From a virus (taxonomy: Duplodnaviria > Caudoviricetes), in the IMG/VR virus record IMGVR_UViG_3300029267_004155: DNA of 64,000 nt. The stretch is one strand, 5' to 3'. Each line of letters begins with the position of its first letter. Position 1 is the first letter of the stretch. The notes beneath the pieces were generated by a model. It searched no databases, was not told the origin of the DNA, and saw only the letters and a list, made by a program, of their open reading frames with translations. Of this stretch, positions 9,998 to 19,726 are shown in pieces. A program made the translations under genes and the position numbers.

Positions 9998-11154
9998 TGA
10001 GGGCGACTCCAGGCTCACGGTTCAGCGTCCCCCTCGGCAGGGGGTGGGACCGGTGGCTGTCGGGAGACGAGGCCGGAGCCGTCTCCGCGTGGGCCGACGG
10101 CGCCCGGGGCGGCGACGCGTTCTGCATGGACAAGATGGCGTGGGCGCACGAGTCGGGGGTTCTGGACGGAGGGAGGGGCGTGGCGGCCTTCTGGCGCCGC
10201 AGGACGTTCGGCAGGGGCGTCTACGGCTGGCGCGAGGCGGTGGGCGGGGTGAGGCGCCCTCTGCGGGCCAGGTGGATGCACTCCCAGGACGGCGTCGGCA
10301 TGTGGCGCTGGTTCGCCGATGAGTGGTACGACGTCGACGAGGAGTCCGACCCGGAGGTTGTGGTCTTCGACGTGGGCGAGGAGAACAAGGTCAAGGCGCT
10401 CCGGGACGGCCGTTACGAGTTCGAGATGCCGAAGGTGGGGGCCGGCCCCCACGACAGGGTTTTCGGGACGATGGAGGCCTGCGACGCCGACATGGGCGGC
10501 TGCGAGTGGGCCTTCTCCCACGGCTTCGACGACGAGGTCCGGGACCCCAGGCACATGCGGATGCCCTGTGCGTCGTCGGCGGTCCACCAGAGGCCGCGGG
10601 ACTTCTTCGGGCGCCCGGACTTCAGCCCGCTCGCCGAGCTTCGTCGGAAGACGAGCTTCTGCTCCTTCGTGTACGGGCACGACACCGACCGGAGACGGGA
10701 GGTGTTCGAGCTGCTGTCGGCCTACCGGGGGGTGGACGCCTTCGGGCCGACCGGCCTGAACAACATGGGCGGCAGGCTCGTGCCGAAAGGCACCTCGGAC
10801 ATGCTGGCCATGAAGCCGAGGGCGTTCCTTCGCCGATACAAGTTCACGGTGGCGTTCGAGAACGACTCCAAGCCGGGCTACGTCACCGAGAAGCTGGCCG
10901 AGCCGCTGGCTGCCAGGAGCGTGCCGATCTACTGGGGCGATCCTCGCGCGGCCGAGGAGTTCAACCCGCTGGCCTTCGTCAACTGCCACGACTTCGACGA
11001 CGTGGGGGCCGCGGTCGACAGGGTGGTCGAGCTGGACCGGGACGACGACGCCTACATGGCGATGCTGGCGCAGCCGCCGTTCCGTCCCGGGGAGATGCCG
11101 GCGTGGGCCGACCCGTATGCCCTCAGGAGAAGGCTCGTGGAGGTGTTCGGATGA
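9997..11154 (+). CDS. Glycosyltransferase family 10 (alpha-1,3-fucosyltransferase-like)
   Basis: FCSFVY; YKFTVAFEN..GYVTEKL..SVPIYWG; FNPxAFVN. Confidence 0.9.
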   Translation: MRATPGSRFSVPLGRGWDRWLSGDEAGAVSAWADGARGGDAFCMDKMAWAHESGVLDGGRGVAAFWRRRTFGRGVYGWREAVGGVRRPLRARWMHSQDGVGMWRWFADEWYDVDEESDPEVVVFDVGEENKVKALRDGRYEFEMPKVGAGPHDRVFGTMEACDADMGGCEWAFSHGFDDEVRDPRHMRMPCASSAVHQRPRDFFGRPDFSPLAELRRKTSFCSFVYGHDTDRRREVFELLSAYRGVDAFGPTGLNNMGGRLVPKGTSDMLAMKPRAFLRRYKFTVAFENDSKPGYVTEKLAEPLAARSVPIYWGDPRAAEEFNPLAFVNCHDFDDVGAAVDRVVELDRDDDAYMAMLAQPPFRPGEMPAWADPYALRRRLVEVFG

Positions 11155-11561
11155 TCAGGAGGAGCTACAGGGGGCTGGGCCGCGGGTCGGCCGAGTGGAA
11201 GCGCCGGAAGGCGGCGCGGATGGCCAGGAACCAGACCGGGCCGGAGAGGGCCATGTGGAAGCGCCTGTGCTCGAGGAAGCTGGGCGTCTGGTTCTACAAG
11301 CAGAGGGTGATGAAAGGCTACATTCTGGACTTCTGGTGCCCGGCGGCCGGGCTCGCCGTCGAGGTGGACGGGCCGCACCACGCCGGGAGGAGGGCGGGAG
11401 ACAGGAAGCGGGACGAGAGGCTGGGGAGGGTCGGGGTGGAGACGCTCAGGATTCCGGCGGCGGTGGTGGTCAAGGCGCCGGCTGCCGCGGCGGCCATGGT
11501 CAGGAGGAGGCTGCGGGAGAGGATGGGGAGAGGAGTGGGTGGTCATGGCAGCCGAGGTTGA
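11151..11561 (+). CDS. DUF559 / Vsr-like endonuclease
   Basis: TxxE..W, FYKQ, YILDFWCP, VEVDGPHH, D..RDE.L..G..LR. Confidence 0.85.
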   Translation: MIRRSYRGLGRGSAEWKRRKAARMARNQTGPERAMWKRLCSRKLGVWFYKQRVMKGYILDFWCPAAGLAVEVDGPHHAGRRAGDRKRDERLGRVGVETLRIPAAVVVKAPAAAAAMVRRRLRERMGRGVGGHGSRG

Positions 11562-11769
11562 ATGGGTGGAGCCGAGACGGGCGAGGCGCCACGACGACGA
11601 CGCGAGGGGATGCGAGTGCGGCGGCCGGCCGGAGCTGGTGGAGTCGGCGAACTCCGACTACAAGATATGCAGGGTGCAGTGCGAGAGGTGCCGCAGGCAC
11701 TTCAAGGCGGCGTTCTCGAAGGAATGGGCCTGGGTGTTCTGGGAGAGGCGAGATGGAGAAGGCGATTGA
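11545..11769 (+). CDS. Small Zn-ribbon protein (Lar-like)
   Basis: CECGG..VQCERC..W. Confidence 0.5.
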   Translation: MAAEVEWVEPRRARRHDDDARGCECGGRPELVESANSDYKICRVQCERCRRHFKAAFSKEWAWVFWERRDGEGD

Positions 11770-13831
11770 CGGCAAGAAGGTCCTGGTCACGGGCGGCTGG
11801 GGCTTCATCGGGAGCGAGTTCGTACGGATGCTGTCGGGGGATGGCACGGCGGAGATCGTGAACGTGGACTGGGACACCTACGCCGGCGACCGCCGGCGCC
11901 TGGACGGCCACGACTACCGTCACGTCACGGCCGACATCGCGGACGAGCGCCTGATGAGGTCGGTCTTCGAGGTCCACCGGCCGGACTACGTGGTCCACTT
12001 CGCGGCCGAGAGCCATGTCGACAGGTCCATCGAGGACTCGTCGGCCTTTGTCCGGACCAACGTGCTCGGGACGCAGGTGCTCCTGGAGTGCGCCAGGTCG
12101 TTCGGGGTCGAGCGGTTCCTTCAGGTCTCGTGCTATGACGACAAGACCAGGGCTTTGACGACCTCTGGATTGAAAGAGTATGACGAAATAGAAGAGGGTG
12201 ACGAGGTTATTTCGATCAATCCTTCGACTGGGGAGATTGAGACGAAGCCAGTAGACAAGGTGATCGTACAGGACTATGAGGGGGAGATGCTTTGTTTTTC
12301 AGGTCAGAGGGTTGATCTCTGTGTGACTCCCAATCATCGGATGTTCATCTTGAACCGTTCTAGGAATCTTGTTGTCGAGGAGGCCAGGAAGACGGCGATG
12401 AGAAGCCGTTTCTACTTTCCTACAGGGGAGTGGGTGGGGCGTGATCTGCCACATACGAGAGTGGAGGGTCTGGGTTTGGTGGACAGTCGTGACCTGATGT
12501 ATTTGATGGGCATTTTTCTTGGAGACGGATTTACCGCCTATCAGGAGAGGAATGTTCCGAACAAGAGTGGTTTGGCGAAGGAGGATTGGTTGAAGGAGGC
12601 AAGAGGTCGTGGTGGGAAGTTTGAGGATGTTGGGATGGTTGGGGAACATACCGAGTCTACGTGCAGAAGCTATCGAATCTTTATAGACATACCAGAGAGT
12701 GATGCGTGCCGCAAAAGGGTGGAGGAGACGCTGACCCGTCTGGGGATTGCTTGGCATGGGTATCGTGGTGCGTCGGGAGAGCATTTGTATTTCACCTCGA
12801 AGGAGTGGTGCCGGTTTTTTGATCGGAATTGCATGAGGGGGGCAAAGAACAAGAGAGTGCCCATGTGGGCGAAGGAATATGGGCCGGCCTATCTAAGATG
12901 TCTTCTGGAGGGCCTGGTCGATTCGGATGGCAGTAGGAAAGGAGACGGCTCTCTTCGGATTTTCTATTCAAGTTCGGTGTTTTTGGTTGATGCCGTGTGC
13001 GAGATTGCCCTCAAGATCGGATTGAAGCCGCAAAGGCGGTTCCGTCATATGAAGTCGGTGATTGATGGCAGGGTGGTTGAGGGTGATGGCTACTATGTGT
13101 TTTTGGCCAAGACCACGAAGTCGTTGACTGGGAGCCATGTGTCGACGATTGACTATTGTGGGAAGATATGGTGTTTGAAGGTACGCGACAATGCCAACTT
13201 TGTTGTCGAGAGGAACGGCAGATTCGACTATTGCGGGAACACTGACGAGGTCTACGGGGACATCGGGAAGGGGGCGAGGCCGTCCAGGGAGGACGACCGG
13301 CTCCTGCCGAGCTCGCCCTACTCCGCCTCCAAGGCGGCGGCGGACCTGCTGGCCCTGAGCTTCGTCCGGACGCACGGGCTGGACGTGGTCGTGACCAGGT
13401 GCTCCAACAACTACGGGCCCTGGCAGGACCCGGAGAAGCTGATCCCGCTGATGACGACGAGGGCCATCCGGGGCGAGAGGCTGCCGGTCTACGGCGACGG
13501 GACCAACGTCCGGGACTGGATACACGTCAACGACCATTGCCGGGGCATCATGGCGGCGCTCCTGAATGGTCGCGCGGGAAGGGTCTACAACTTCGGCGGG
13601 GACAGCGAGCTGGACAACCTGACGGTGGTGAGGACGATCCTGGCGAATTTGAACCTGGACGCCGGGCTGATGGAGTTCGTGGAGGATCGCAAGGGTCACG
13701 ACTTCAGGTACGCCATCGACTTCGGGAGGGCCACGGACGAGCTCGGATGGACGCCGGCGGTCCTGTTCGGGGTCGGGCTGTACGAGACCGTGAGGTGGTA
13801 CCAGAACAACGAGTGGTGGTGGAAGAGGTGA
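11753..13831 (+). CDS. rfbB: dTDP-glucose 4,6-dehydratase with intein
   Basis: VTGGxGFIGS, HFAAESHVDRSI, QVS|TDEVYG, SPYSASK, RCSNNYGP, RDWIHV, DRKGHDFRY. Confidence 0.95.
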   Translation: MEKAIDGKKVLVTGGWGFIGSEFVRMLSGDGTAEIVNVDWDTYAGDRRRLDGHDYRHVTADIADERLMRSVFEVHRPDYVVHFAAESHVDRSIEDSSAFVRTNVLGTQVLLECARSFGVERFLQVSCYDDKTRALTTSGLKEYDEIEEGDEVISINPSTGEIETKPVDKVIVQDYEGEMLCFSGQRVDLCVTPNHRMFILNRSRNLVVEEARKTAMRSRFYFPTGEWVGRDLPHTRVEGLGLVDSRDLMYLMGIFLGDGFTAYQERNVPNKSGLAKEDWLKEARGRGGKFEDVGMVGEHTESTCRSYRIFIDIPESDACRKRVEETLTRLGIAWHGYRGASGEHLYFTSKEWCRFFDRNCMRGAKNKRVPMWAKEYGPAYLRCLLEGLVDSDGSRKGDGSLRIFYSSSVFLVDAVCEIALKIGLKPQRRFRHMKSVIDGRVVEGDGYYVFLAKTTKSLTGSHVSTIDYCGKIWCLKVRDNANFVVERNGRFDYCGNTDEVYGDIGKGARPSREDDRLLPSSPYSASKAAADLLALSFVRTHGLDVVVTRCSNNYGPWQDPEKLIPLMTTRAIRGERLPVYGDGTNVRDWIHVNDHCRGIMAALLNGRAGRVYNFGGDSELDNLTVVRTILANLNLDAGLMEFVEDRKGHDFRYAIDFGRATDELGWTPAVLFGVGLYETVRWYQNNEWWWKR
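12131..13240 (+). mobile_element. 370-aa intein with LAGLIDADG homing endonuclease
   Basis: Starts C-YDDKT; block B VTPNH; LMGIFLGDG and LEGLVDSDG; ends IWCLKV..FVVERNG..CGN|T; lower GC than flanks. Confidence 0.93.
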
Positions 13832-13848
13832 CGAGGGGCGTGAAAATT

Positions 13849-13960
13849 CGACGAGGGGTTCGGAGAACGGCCTCTTCTCGCGTATGATTGATGGAGCGAG
13901 GAGGTCGCCGAGGGGTTTCGGGAATGGCCTTTCCTCGCGTGTGACTGCAAAGCGAGGAGG
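13849..13960 (+). repeat. Two imperfect ~55-bp direct repeats carrying a -10-like element and RBS
   Basis: CG.CGAGGGGTT..GGCCT..CTCGCGT.TGA.TG..AGCGAGGAGG occurs twice. Confidence 0.65.
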
Positions 13961-13968
13961 GCGACGAG

Positions 13969-14352
13969 ATGGCGTTCGAGAAGTTCGCGGGGGGCAGGCG
14001 ACGCGTAGACGAGCCAATGGCGGTGATCTATGCCAATGGCAAGATCGGCTTCAACACGGCGGCGTGCGTCCGCTTCCGCATCAGGGAGTTCTCGCACGCC
14101 GTCTTCTACTTCGACAGGGAGCGCTCCAGGGTCGGCGTCGACTTCGTGAACCACCCGGACGAGGGCGCCGTCAGGATCGCCAGCCCGAAGGACAACCGGG
14201 CGGCCTGCGTGAGCGCCAGGAACTTCCTGGCCTTCTGCGGCGTTCCGCTGAAACTCGCCCATTGCCCGCTCCGGAAGCGTGCCCGTGACCGTTTCCCGAC
14301 TTTCAAGGTCAAGAGGAGCCGGGGGCGCCCGTCGAGCCGTCAGGCGGAGTGA
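13969..14352 (+). CDS. Hypothetical protein
   Basis: GAGGAGG RBS. Confidence 0.7.
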   Translation: MAFEKFAGGRRRVDEPMAVIYANGKIGFNTAACVRFRIREFSHAVFYFDRERSRVGVDFVNHPDEGAVRIASPKDNRAACVSARNFLAFCGVPLKLAHCPLRKRARDRFPTFKVKRSRGRPSSRQAE

Positions 14353-14396
14353 CGGGTCCCTTCCTGGTGTTTTTTCAGCTTTTTTCTCCGGTCCGC

Positions 14397-14426
14397 GTGG
14401 AAAACCGCCCTCTTTTGGCAATATGG
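14397..14426 (+). promoter_or_regulatory. Conserved motif GTGGAAAAC-N11-GGCAATAT, copy 1
   Basis: Six copies with identical spacing, each upstream of an RBS/start. Confidence 0.8.
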
Positions 14427-14459
14427 AGGTGGAGACGCGGTCGACAAAGGAGAATCGAG

Positions 14460-15254
14460 ATGAACTACGAGATCAGGAACGTCAAGAGCCTCAGGGGCCT
14501 TGAGGGTAGAGGCTTCAACGCCACCCTCTATCGCGACGGCAAGCGCGTGGCCACGGTCGACGACTCGGCCAACGGCGGCTGCTACGACTACCACTGGCTC
14601 GACTACGCCGAGACTCGCGTCGAGGTGGACATAGTCAACCACGAGGATAAGCCGTGGACGCTCCGGTGCACGCCGGAGGAGGCCCTCTTCGTGAATCACG
14701 TCCGGTCGGTGACCGACGAAAAGTTCGAGCCTGAGGACAAGTTCGTCTGCGCCTTGGTGGACGCCTGCGAGACGGCGAAGTGGCTCAAGCGGAGCTGCCG
14801 GACGAAGACCGTGTTCAACCTGAAGGACGACGAGAAGGGCCAGTACCACACGATCAACGAGGCGTTCTCGCCCGACATGAAGGACTGGCTCGTCAAGAAG
14901 CACGGCGACAAGCTGGCGGGGATCGTCAACGAGACCCTCGCCGCTCCGAAGGCCGCTCCGAAGGCCGCTCCGAAGAGGACCAGGAAGGCTGCCCCGAAGG
15001 CTGCTCCGAAGGCTGCCTCGAAGGCTGCTGGCGCGGGCATGTCCATCCTCGACGCGGCGTGCGTGGTGCTGGCGGAAGCTTCCTCGGGCGGGCTGCACTA
15101 CAGTGAGATCGCCGACCGGGCCATCGCCAGTGGCGTCTACAAGACCACCGCGAGCAATCCCGCCAACTCCCTCAGGGACGCCATCGCCAAGGCCATGCGC
15201 AAGGGCGACGGGCGTTTCGAGCGGGCTGGCGGCGGCTGCTTCCGGATGGCGTGA
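14460..15254 (+). CDS. Protein with PKAA-repeat linker and C-terminal HARE-type winged HTH
   Basis: SILDAA..VL..LHYSEIA..AI..G..T..P..SL..RFER.G.G.F; PKAA repeats at 14941-15030. Confidence 0.75.
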   Translation: MNYEIRNVKSLRGLEGRGFNATLYRDGKRVATVDDSANGGCYDYHWLDYAETRVEVDIVNHEDKPWTLRCTPEEALFVNHVRSVTDEKFEPEDKFVCALVDACETAKWLKRSCRTKTVFNLKDDEKGQYHTINEAFSPDMKDWLVKKHGDKLAGIVNETLAAPKAAPKAAPKRTRKAAPKAAPKAASKAAGAGMSILDAACVVLAEASSGGLHYSEIADRAIASGVYKTTASNPANSLRDAIAKAMRKGDGRFERAGGGCFRMA

Positions 15255-15264
15255 GGAGGAACGA

Positions 15265-15486
15265 ATGAGGACGAGAGCGAACATGGTGCAGGTGTCGGAC
15301 GCGATCAGGTGGGACCTGACGCTGCTCTACCACAGCCCTGGGCGGAAGGACGTGATGGGGACGCTGGCCACCAACATGAAGGTGTTCGCCGGCGCCCTGG
15401 ACGAGGAGCGCGCGGGGCGCCGGGACTTCGTCGGGGGTCGCCCCACCGAGCACATCGACACCATCCTGAAGGGGGACGACATATGA
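15265..15486 (+). CDS. Hypothetical protein
   Basis: GAGGAGG RBS. Confidence 0.6.
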   Translation: MRTRANMVQVSDAIRWDLTLLYHSPGRKDVMGTLATNMKVFAGALDEERAGRRDFVGGRPTEHIDTILKGDDI

Positions 15487-15758
15487 GGATGCTTCACGTG
15501 ATCGTTCCGGAAACCGACGTGTGGGCCGACGTGGGAAACATCCGTCCCGAGCCTGGCAGTCGGAGGATCGTGACGCCAATCGTGACTGAAGAGCCAGATG
15601 TCGGCGTGAGTCTCTATGAGGCGGGCGAGCATGCGGTTGTTGACGACAAGAGGAAGGCGGAGCTTGACGAGAGTGGCGTGCGGTACAGCGTGAGAAGCTC
15701 GGTCTCGGTGGATAGTCTCGTGGCTTTCATCAGGGAGATGAAGCATGGAAAGGCATGA
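15483..15758 (+). CDS. Hypothetical protein (weakly similar to C-terminus of 16187-16588)
   Basis: ATGA overlap; AELDESGVRY vs ADLDEMGAEY. Confidence 0.6.
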   Translation: MRMLHVIVPETDVWADVGNIRPEPGSRRIVTPIVTEEPDVGVSLYEAGEHAVVDDKRKAELDESGVRYSVRSSVSVDSLVAFIREMKHGKA

Positions 15759-16176
15759 GTTCGAGAGAGCCGTAAAGGGTGTCGCGGAGGAGATGCTGAG
15801 CCGGGACGGCGAGTTGATGCCGGCCATCTACGCGGTTCCCCACGGGGCTCCTCCGGGAGAGGTGGCGGTGATTCAGGTCCCCACGGCCGACGAGGCTCAG
15901 AAGGAGATGCTGGCGGAGGCGATCTGCGAGCTCCGGGCGGCGATGGTGCTGTTCGCCTTCGTCTCGGAGGCGTGGGCGTCGGAGCAGGACGAGATGGCCC
16001 CGGAGGACGATCCCGAGCGCGAGGAGGTCGTGCTGGCCAACTTCTACCATGGGCTCGAGGCCAGCTCCGAGATGGCGTCGATACTGCGCCACGGCTCGGG
16101 CGCGACCCTGGGGCCGTGGACGGAGATCGAGGGGCTGGCCGGGCGCTTCCACAGGGGCGTCCCTAGTTTCAACTAG
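15745..16176 (+). CDS. Hypothetical phage protein
   Basis: FVSEAW..PEREE motif; RBS. Confidence 0.7.
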   Translation: MERHEFERAVKGVAEEMLSRDGELMPAIYAVPHGAPPGEVAVIQVPTADEAQKEMLAEAICELRAAMVLFAFVSEAWASEQDEMAPEDDPEREEVVLANFYHGLEASSEMASILRHGSGATLGPWTEIEGLAGRFHRGVPSFN

Positions 16177-16186
16177 GAGACCTGAC

Positions 16187-16588
16187 ATGACTGAGTTCTA
16201 CAAGTTCAAGCAGGGTGACAAGATCAGGTTGCTGGGCAAGCCGTCGCCGTTCGTCCGGCACGTGAGTCCCGGGGAGGCGCAGGCGTTGGCCTGCACGCGG
16301 CCGTGTCCGATCTGCGAGGCGATGCCCGAGATCAAGATGTACTACCTGGTCCGGTTCAGGAAGGACGTGTGGCGGCGCCCGGTGGTGGCCTCGGGCGAAG
16401 CCGTGGCCGACGGCGTGACGAACGACGTGCTCGTCCACCTGAAGGGCGACAGGAGGATCGTGACGGACCTCTACAGGGCCGACCTGGACGAGATGGGGGC
16501 CGAGTACGAGGTCCTCGGCAGCGCGACGAAAGAGGAGCACAGGGCCATCGTGATTGCGGAGGCCAAGAGGCGAGGACTGGAGGTCTGA
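16187..16588 (+). CDS. Hypothetical protein
   Basis: AGGAG RBS; C..PCPIC. Confidence 0.65.
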   Translation: MTEFYKFKQGDKIRLLGKPSPFVRHVSPGEAQALACTRPCPICEAMPEIKMYYLVRFRKDVWRRPVVASGEAVADGVTNDVLVHLKGDRRIVTDLYRADLDEMGAEYEVLGSATKEEHRAIVIAEAKRRGLEV

Positions 16589-16589
16589 C

Positions 16590-16793
16590 ATGGACAAGCG
16601 CGAGTGCAAGTGCGGCGAGGTCATGAGTCGGGTGGCCCATGAGAAGGATTACGGCGACACGGTTGCCAGGGTCTTCTGGTGCCCGGACTGCGGGCGGCTT
16701 CTGAGGGTCGATTTCGGGCCGGTGAGCCGCCAGGGTTCCGACTCCGAGGCCAAGGAGACCTGGCAGAGGCCGCTGGTGACGGAGGACGTCTGA
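16590..16793 (+). CDS. Zn-ribbon protein
   Basis: CKCG..WCPDCG. Confidence 0.65.
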   Translation: MDKRECKCGEVMSRVAHEKDYGDTVARVFWCPDCGRLLRVDFGPVSRQGSDSEAKETWQRPLVTEDV

Positions 16794-17257
16794 TGGACAA
16801 GATCCACAAGGGCCAGAAGGAGCGCAGGGGCGATCCGTGCGAGAGGTGCGGGAGCATTCAGAACCCGACCAAGAAGGAGAGCTTCGTCCCGTGCCACGTC
16901 TGCAAGCGCGCCGTGCCTCTTGACGACGCGGCGCTCGTCGAGGGCCGCGTGGTCTGCCCGCGGCATTCCGGTGGCGATGCCGGCGTCCGGCCCGGGACGA
17001 CCCTGGAGCCCGGCGTCTACAAGTACGTGCGGATGAGGAGCGGGCGCGTCGTCTTCGGGGACATCGAGAGAACGAGCCACAGGCAGATGGTCCGCGACGC
17101 CGGCGGGAGTCCCTTGTCCGCCGGTGCCATCGTGGTCCTCGACGACCATGTGAAGATCATCGGCCTCGGGTCTACGGGTCTGGGGCTGCGGTCGGCACCT
17201 GACGACCTGGACGTTCTGGCGGTCACGCTGGGGATGCCCAAGATGGAGGCGACATGA
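16793..17257 (+). CDS. Hypothetical Cys-rich protein
   Basis: TGATG coupling. Confidence 0.6.
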   Translation: MDKIHKGQKERRGDPCERCGSIQNPTKKESFVPCHVCKRAVPLDDAALVEGRVVCPRHSGGDAGVRPGTTLEPGVYKYVRMRSGRVVFGDIERTSHRQMVRDAGGSPLSAGAIVVLDDHVKIIGLGSTGLGLRSAPDDLDVLAVTLGMPKMEAT

Positions 17258-17568
17258 AGCTGAGCATAGTGGTAATCTGCCTGGACGGGGAGCCGAAGGA
17301 GCGGAAGTACGTCCAGGTGACGCGTCGTCGGTTCGAGACCGAGGCCGACGCCTTGGGGTACGCCGACGGGATCGCCTTGGATCGGCATCCGATGGTGGTG
17401 ACGGTTCCGGCCGTGGAGTGCGACGATGATCGCTATCCGATCTGGGACGGGGATGGTCGAGTTCTTGATGTGGGGTCGTGCTTTGGGCATTTCTATGCCT
17501 TGTCCACTGCGTGCTCTAATTGTCGGATGAGCGAGGAGTGCATTCGGAGGACGAGGAAGGGTGCCTAG
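17254..17568 (+). CDS. Hypothetical protein with CFG-x-C-xx-C-xxxx-C motif
   Basis: Same motif occurs twice in 38325-38966. Confidence 0.6.
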   Translation: MKLSIVVICLDGEPKERKYVQVTRRRFETEADALGYADGIALDRHPMVVTVPAVECDDDRYPIWDGDGRVLDVGSCFGHFYALSTACSNCRMSEECIRRTRKGA

Positions 17569-17753
17569 GTGGTTCCGGCCGGCGAGACGTGGATGGTGGA
17601 GAACGTGGTCACGCGCGAGCGTCGTGATATGACGGGTCCGAGCAGCATCGGGACCGGCTGGGTGAGGCGTCGGGTCGTCCGAGGCGACGCGGGCTCGCAT
17701 GGGATCAAGCCTCTCGGGGCCGTTATTGAGAGAACGGCGTCGAAAGGAGGTCC

Positions 17754-18290
17754 GTGATGAAGAGGGTTGTGTTGGTCGAGGTCGAGGATGTGAATTCAGG
17801 TATGGCGTTTCGTGTCGAGGTTGACGGCGAACACGTCGCTGACGTGGGGAGGTCTCTTTCCTCCGTCGGGGAGTACGGCTTCTGGCCGCTCGACGCCTAC
17901 AAGGACCGTTTCCCGTATTGGGAGAGGCCGAGGGGCGGTTCCGTCTGGAGCTTCATCCTCCTGGTCACCGAGGAGTTCGGCGGCTACTACGTCGAGAAGG
18001 GCGGCAAGGTCTCCCTGGACTGCACGGGTGAGGGCGTCGGCTTCATAGTGGTGAACGACGATGGCACGTGGGCCAAGCAGCAGCTCGGCGCGAGCTATCC
18101 GCAGGAGAGTCCCTACCACGCGACGGTGTGGGAGACCGAGGAGGTCGCTCGGGAGCACGTCGACCGGTTCGGCGGTACGGTCAGGGCCTTGATGGACGAG
18201 CCCAAGCTGGCTGCCCACCAGGAGACCCTGAGGAAGCATTGGAAGGATCGCCGGGAGGCGCGCGCGTCCAGGCGGAAAGAGAAGGAGTGA
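17754..18290 (+). CDS. Hypothetical protein
   Basis: AGGAGG RBS. Confidence 0.65.
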   Translation: MMKRVVLVEVEDVNSGMAFRVEVDGEHVADVGRSLSSVGEYGFWPLDAYKDRFPYWERPRGGSVWSFILLVTEEFGGYYVEKGGKVSLDCTGEGVGFIVVNDDGTWAKQQLGASYPQESPYHATVWETEEVAREHVDRFGGTVRALMDEPKLAAHQETLRKHWKDRREARASRRKEKE

Positions 18291-18294
18291 CGTC

Positions 18295-18816
18295 ATGGCA
18301 ACGCTGGTCATCATGCGGGGAATTCCGGGCTCGGGCAAGACGAGCTGGGCGAAGGCGGTCTATCCGGACGCCGTCCACTGCTGCAACGACGACTTCCACA
18401 TGGCCCTCTTGGACAGCGGCATTCGCGAGTACCGATTCGACATCAAGAGGCAGTCCGAGGCTGTGTCGGCGTGCATGGCCAAGGTCTTGTCGGCGATGCT
18501 GCTGGACGCCACCGGCCCCGGGGCCTCCGTGGAGGTCTTCGGGGACGTGCGCAGGACCATCGTGGTCGCGAACACGCACGTCAAGCGGTGGATGTACGAG
18601 AACTACGTCAAGATCGGGATGCTGATGGGATACGTGGTCAGGATCGTCGAGATGTGGTGCAAGGACCTGGACGACGTCCGGCTCTGCCTGGAGCGAGGGA
18701 CGCACGGAGTCCCGCTCGACGTCGTGGCGAGGATGGCCGTGGAGATGGAGGACGACCCGAGGGCCGAGAGGGTCTTCGTGGACGAGCCTTTGCCGAACAG
18801 GGGGGGGATGACATGA
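18295..18816 (+). CDS. P-loop kinase (AAA_33 / PNK-like)
   Basis: IMRGIPGSGKT, IVVANT, RGTHGVP. Confidence 0.85.
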   Translation: MATLVIMRGIPGSGKTSWAKAVYPDAVHCCNDDFHMALLDSGIREYRFDIKRQSEAVSACMAKVLSAMLLDATGPGASVEVFGDVRRTIVVANTHVKRWMYENYVKIGMLMGYVVRIVEMWCKDLDDVRLCLERGTHGVPLDVVARMAVEMEDDPRAERVFVDEPLPNRGGMT

Positions 18817-19715
18817 AGATCGCCTACGTGGACAGGAGGTTTATGGGGCCGGCGCTGGACGTCGTCGATCAGGCCAACGACATCATCGACGAGTATGTCG
18901 GGCAGGGATACGACCTGACGTTGCGCCAGTTGTTCTATCAGTTCGTGGCCCGGGCGCTGCTGCCGAACACCGAGAGGTCGTACAAGCGCCTCCAGTCGAT
19001 CGTGAGCGACGCCAGGATGGCGGGGCTGATCGACTGGGGGGTCATCAAGGACAGGACCAGGACGCTCCGGAGCCTGCCGCACTGGGACGGGCCGAGGGAG
19101 ATCATGTCGTCGGTGGTCTCGCAGTTCCGGATCGACAAGTGGGCCCGCCAGGAGGTGGCCCTGGAGGTGTGGATCGAGAAGCAGGCCCTTGTCGGCGTGA
19201 TTGACGGGGTGTGCGACCAGCACCAGGTCCCCTACTTCGCCTGCCGCGGCTACGTCTCCCAGAGCTTCATGCACGAGGCGGCGGAGCGCATGGCGCGTCG
19301 CGTCCAGGCAGGAAGGGCGCCGATCGTCCTGCACCTGGGGGACCACGACCCCTCGGGGATCGACATGACGAGGGACATCGAGGAGAGGCTGAGCCTGTTC
19401 GTGGACGGCCCCGTCGAGGTCCGGCGCCTGGCGCTGAACATGGACCAGGTGAGGCTCCACGGGCCGCCCCCGAACCCGGCCAAGCTGTCGGACGTGCGGG
19501 CCGGGGTCGACAGGCAGGGGAACGTGACGCCGGGGTCCTACGTGGACCTTCACGGCTACGAGTCGTGGGAGCTGGACTCGCTCCCGCCGCAGGTGATCTC
19601 GGACCTGGTGGGGCAGGAGATCGAGGGCCTCCGGGACGACGGCCTGTGGGACGACGCCCTGGAGGAGGAGGAGAGTGGCCGCGCCAAGCTGGCGACGGCC
19701 ATGGCGAACATGTGA
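18813..19715 (+). CDS. Topo VI-A/Spo11-like winged-helix + TOPRIM protein
   Basis: TLRQLFYQ, EVWIEK, RGY.S, LGDHDPSG, WELDSL. Confidence 0.8.
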   Translation: MKIAYVDRRFMGPALDVVDQANDIIDEYVGQGYDLTLRQLFYQFVARALLPNTERSYKRLQSIVSDARMAGLIDWGVIKDRTRTLRSLPHWDGPREIMSSVVSQFRIDKWARQEVALEVWIEKQALVGVIDGVCDQHQVPYFACRGYVSQSFMHEAAERMARRVQAGRAPIVLHLGDHDPSGIDMTRDIEERLSLFVDGPVEVRRLALNMDQVRLHGPPPNPAKLSDVRAGVDRQGNVTPGSYVDLHGYESWELDSLPPQVISDLVGQEIEGLRDDGLWDDALEEEESGRAKLATAMANM

Positions 19716-19726
19716 GGAGAAGGATC

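Noticed and set aside
11117-11752. N-terminal extension of the 904-aa RfbB ORF
   Set aside because: Overlaps two better genes; RfbB homology starts at 11753.
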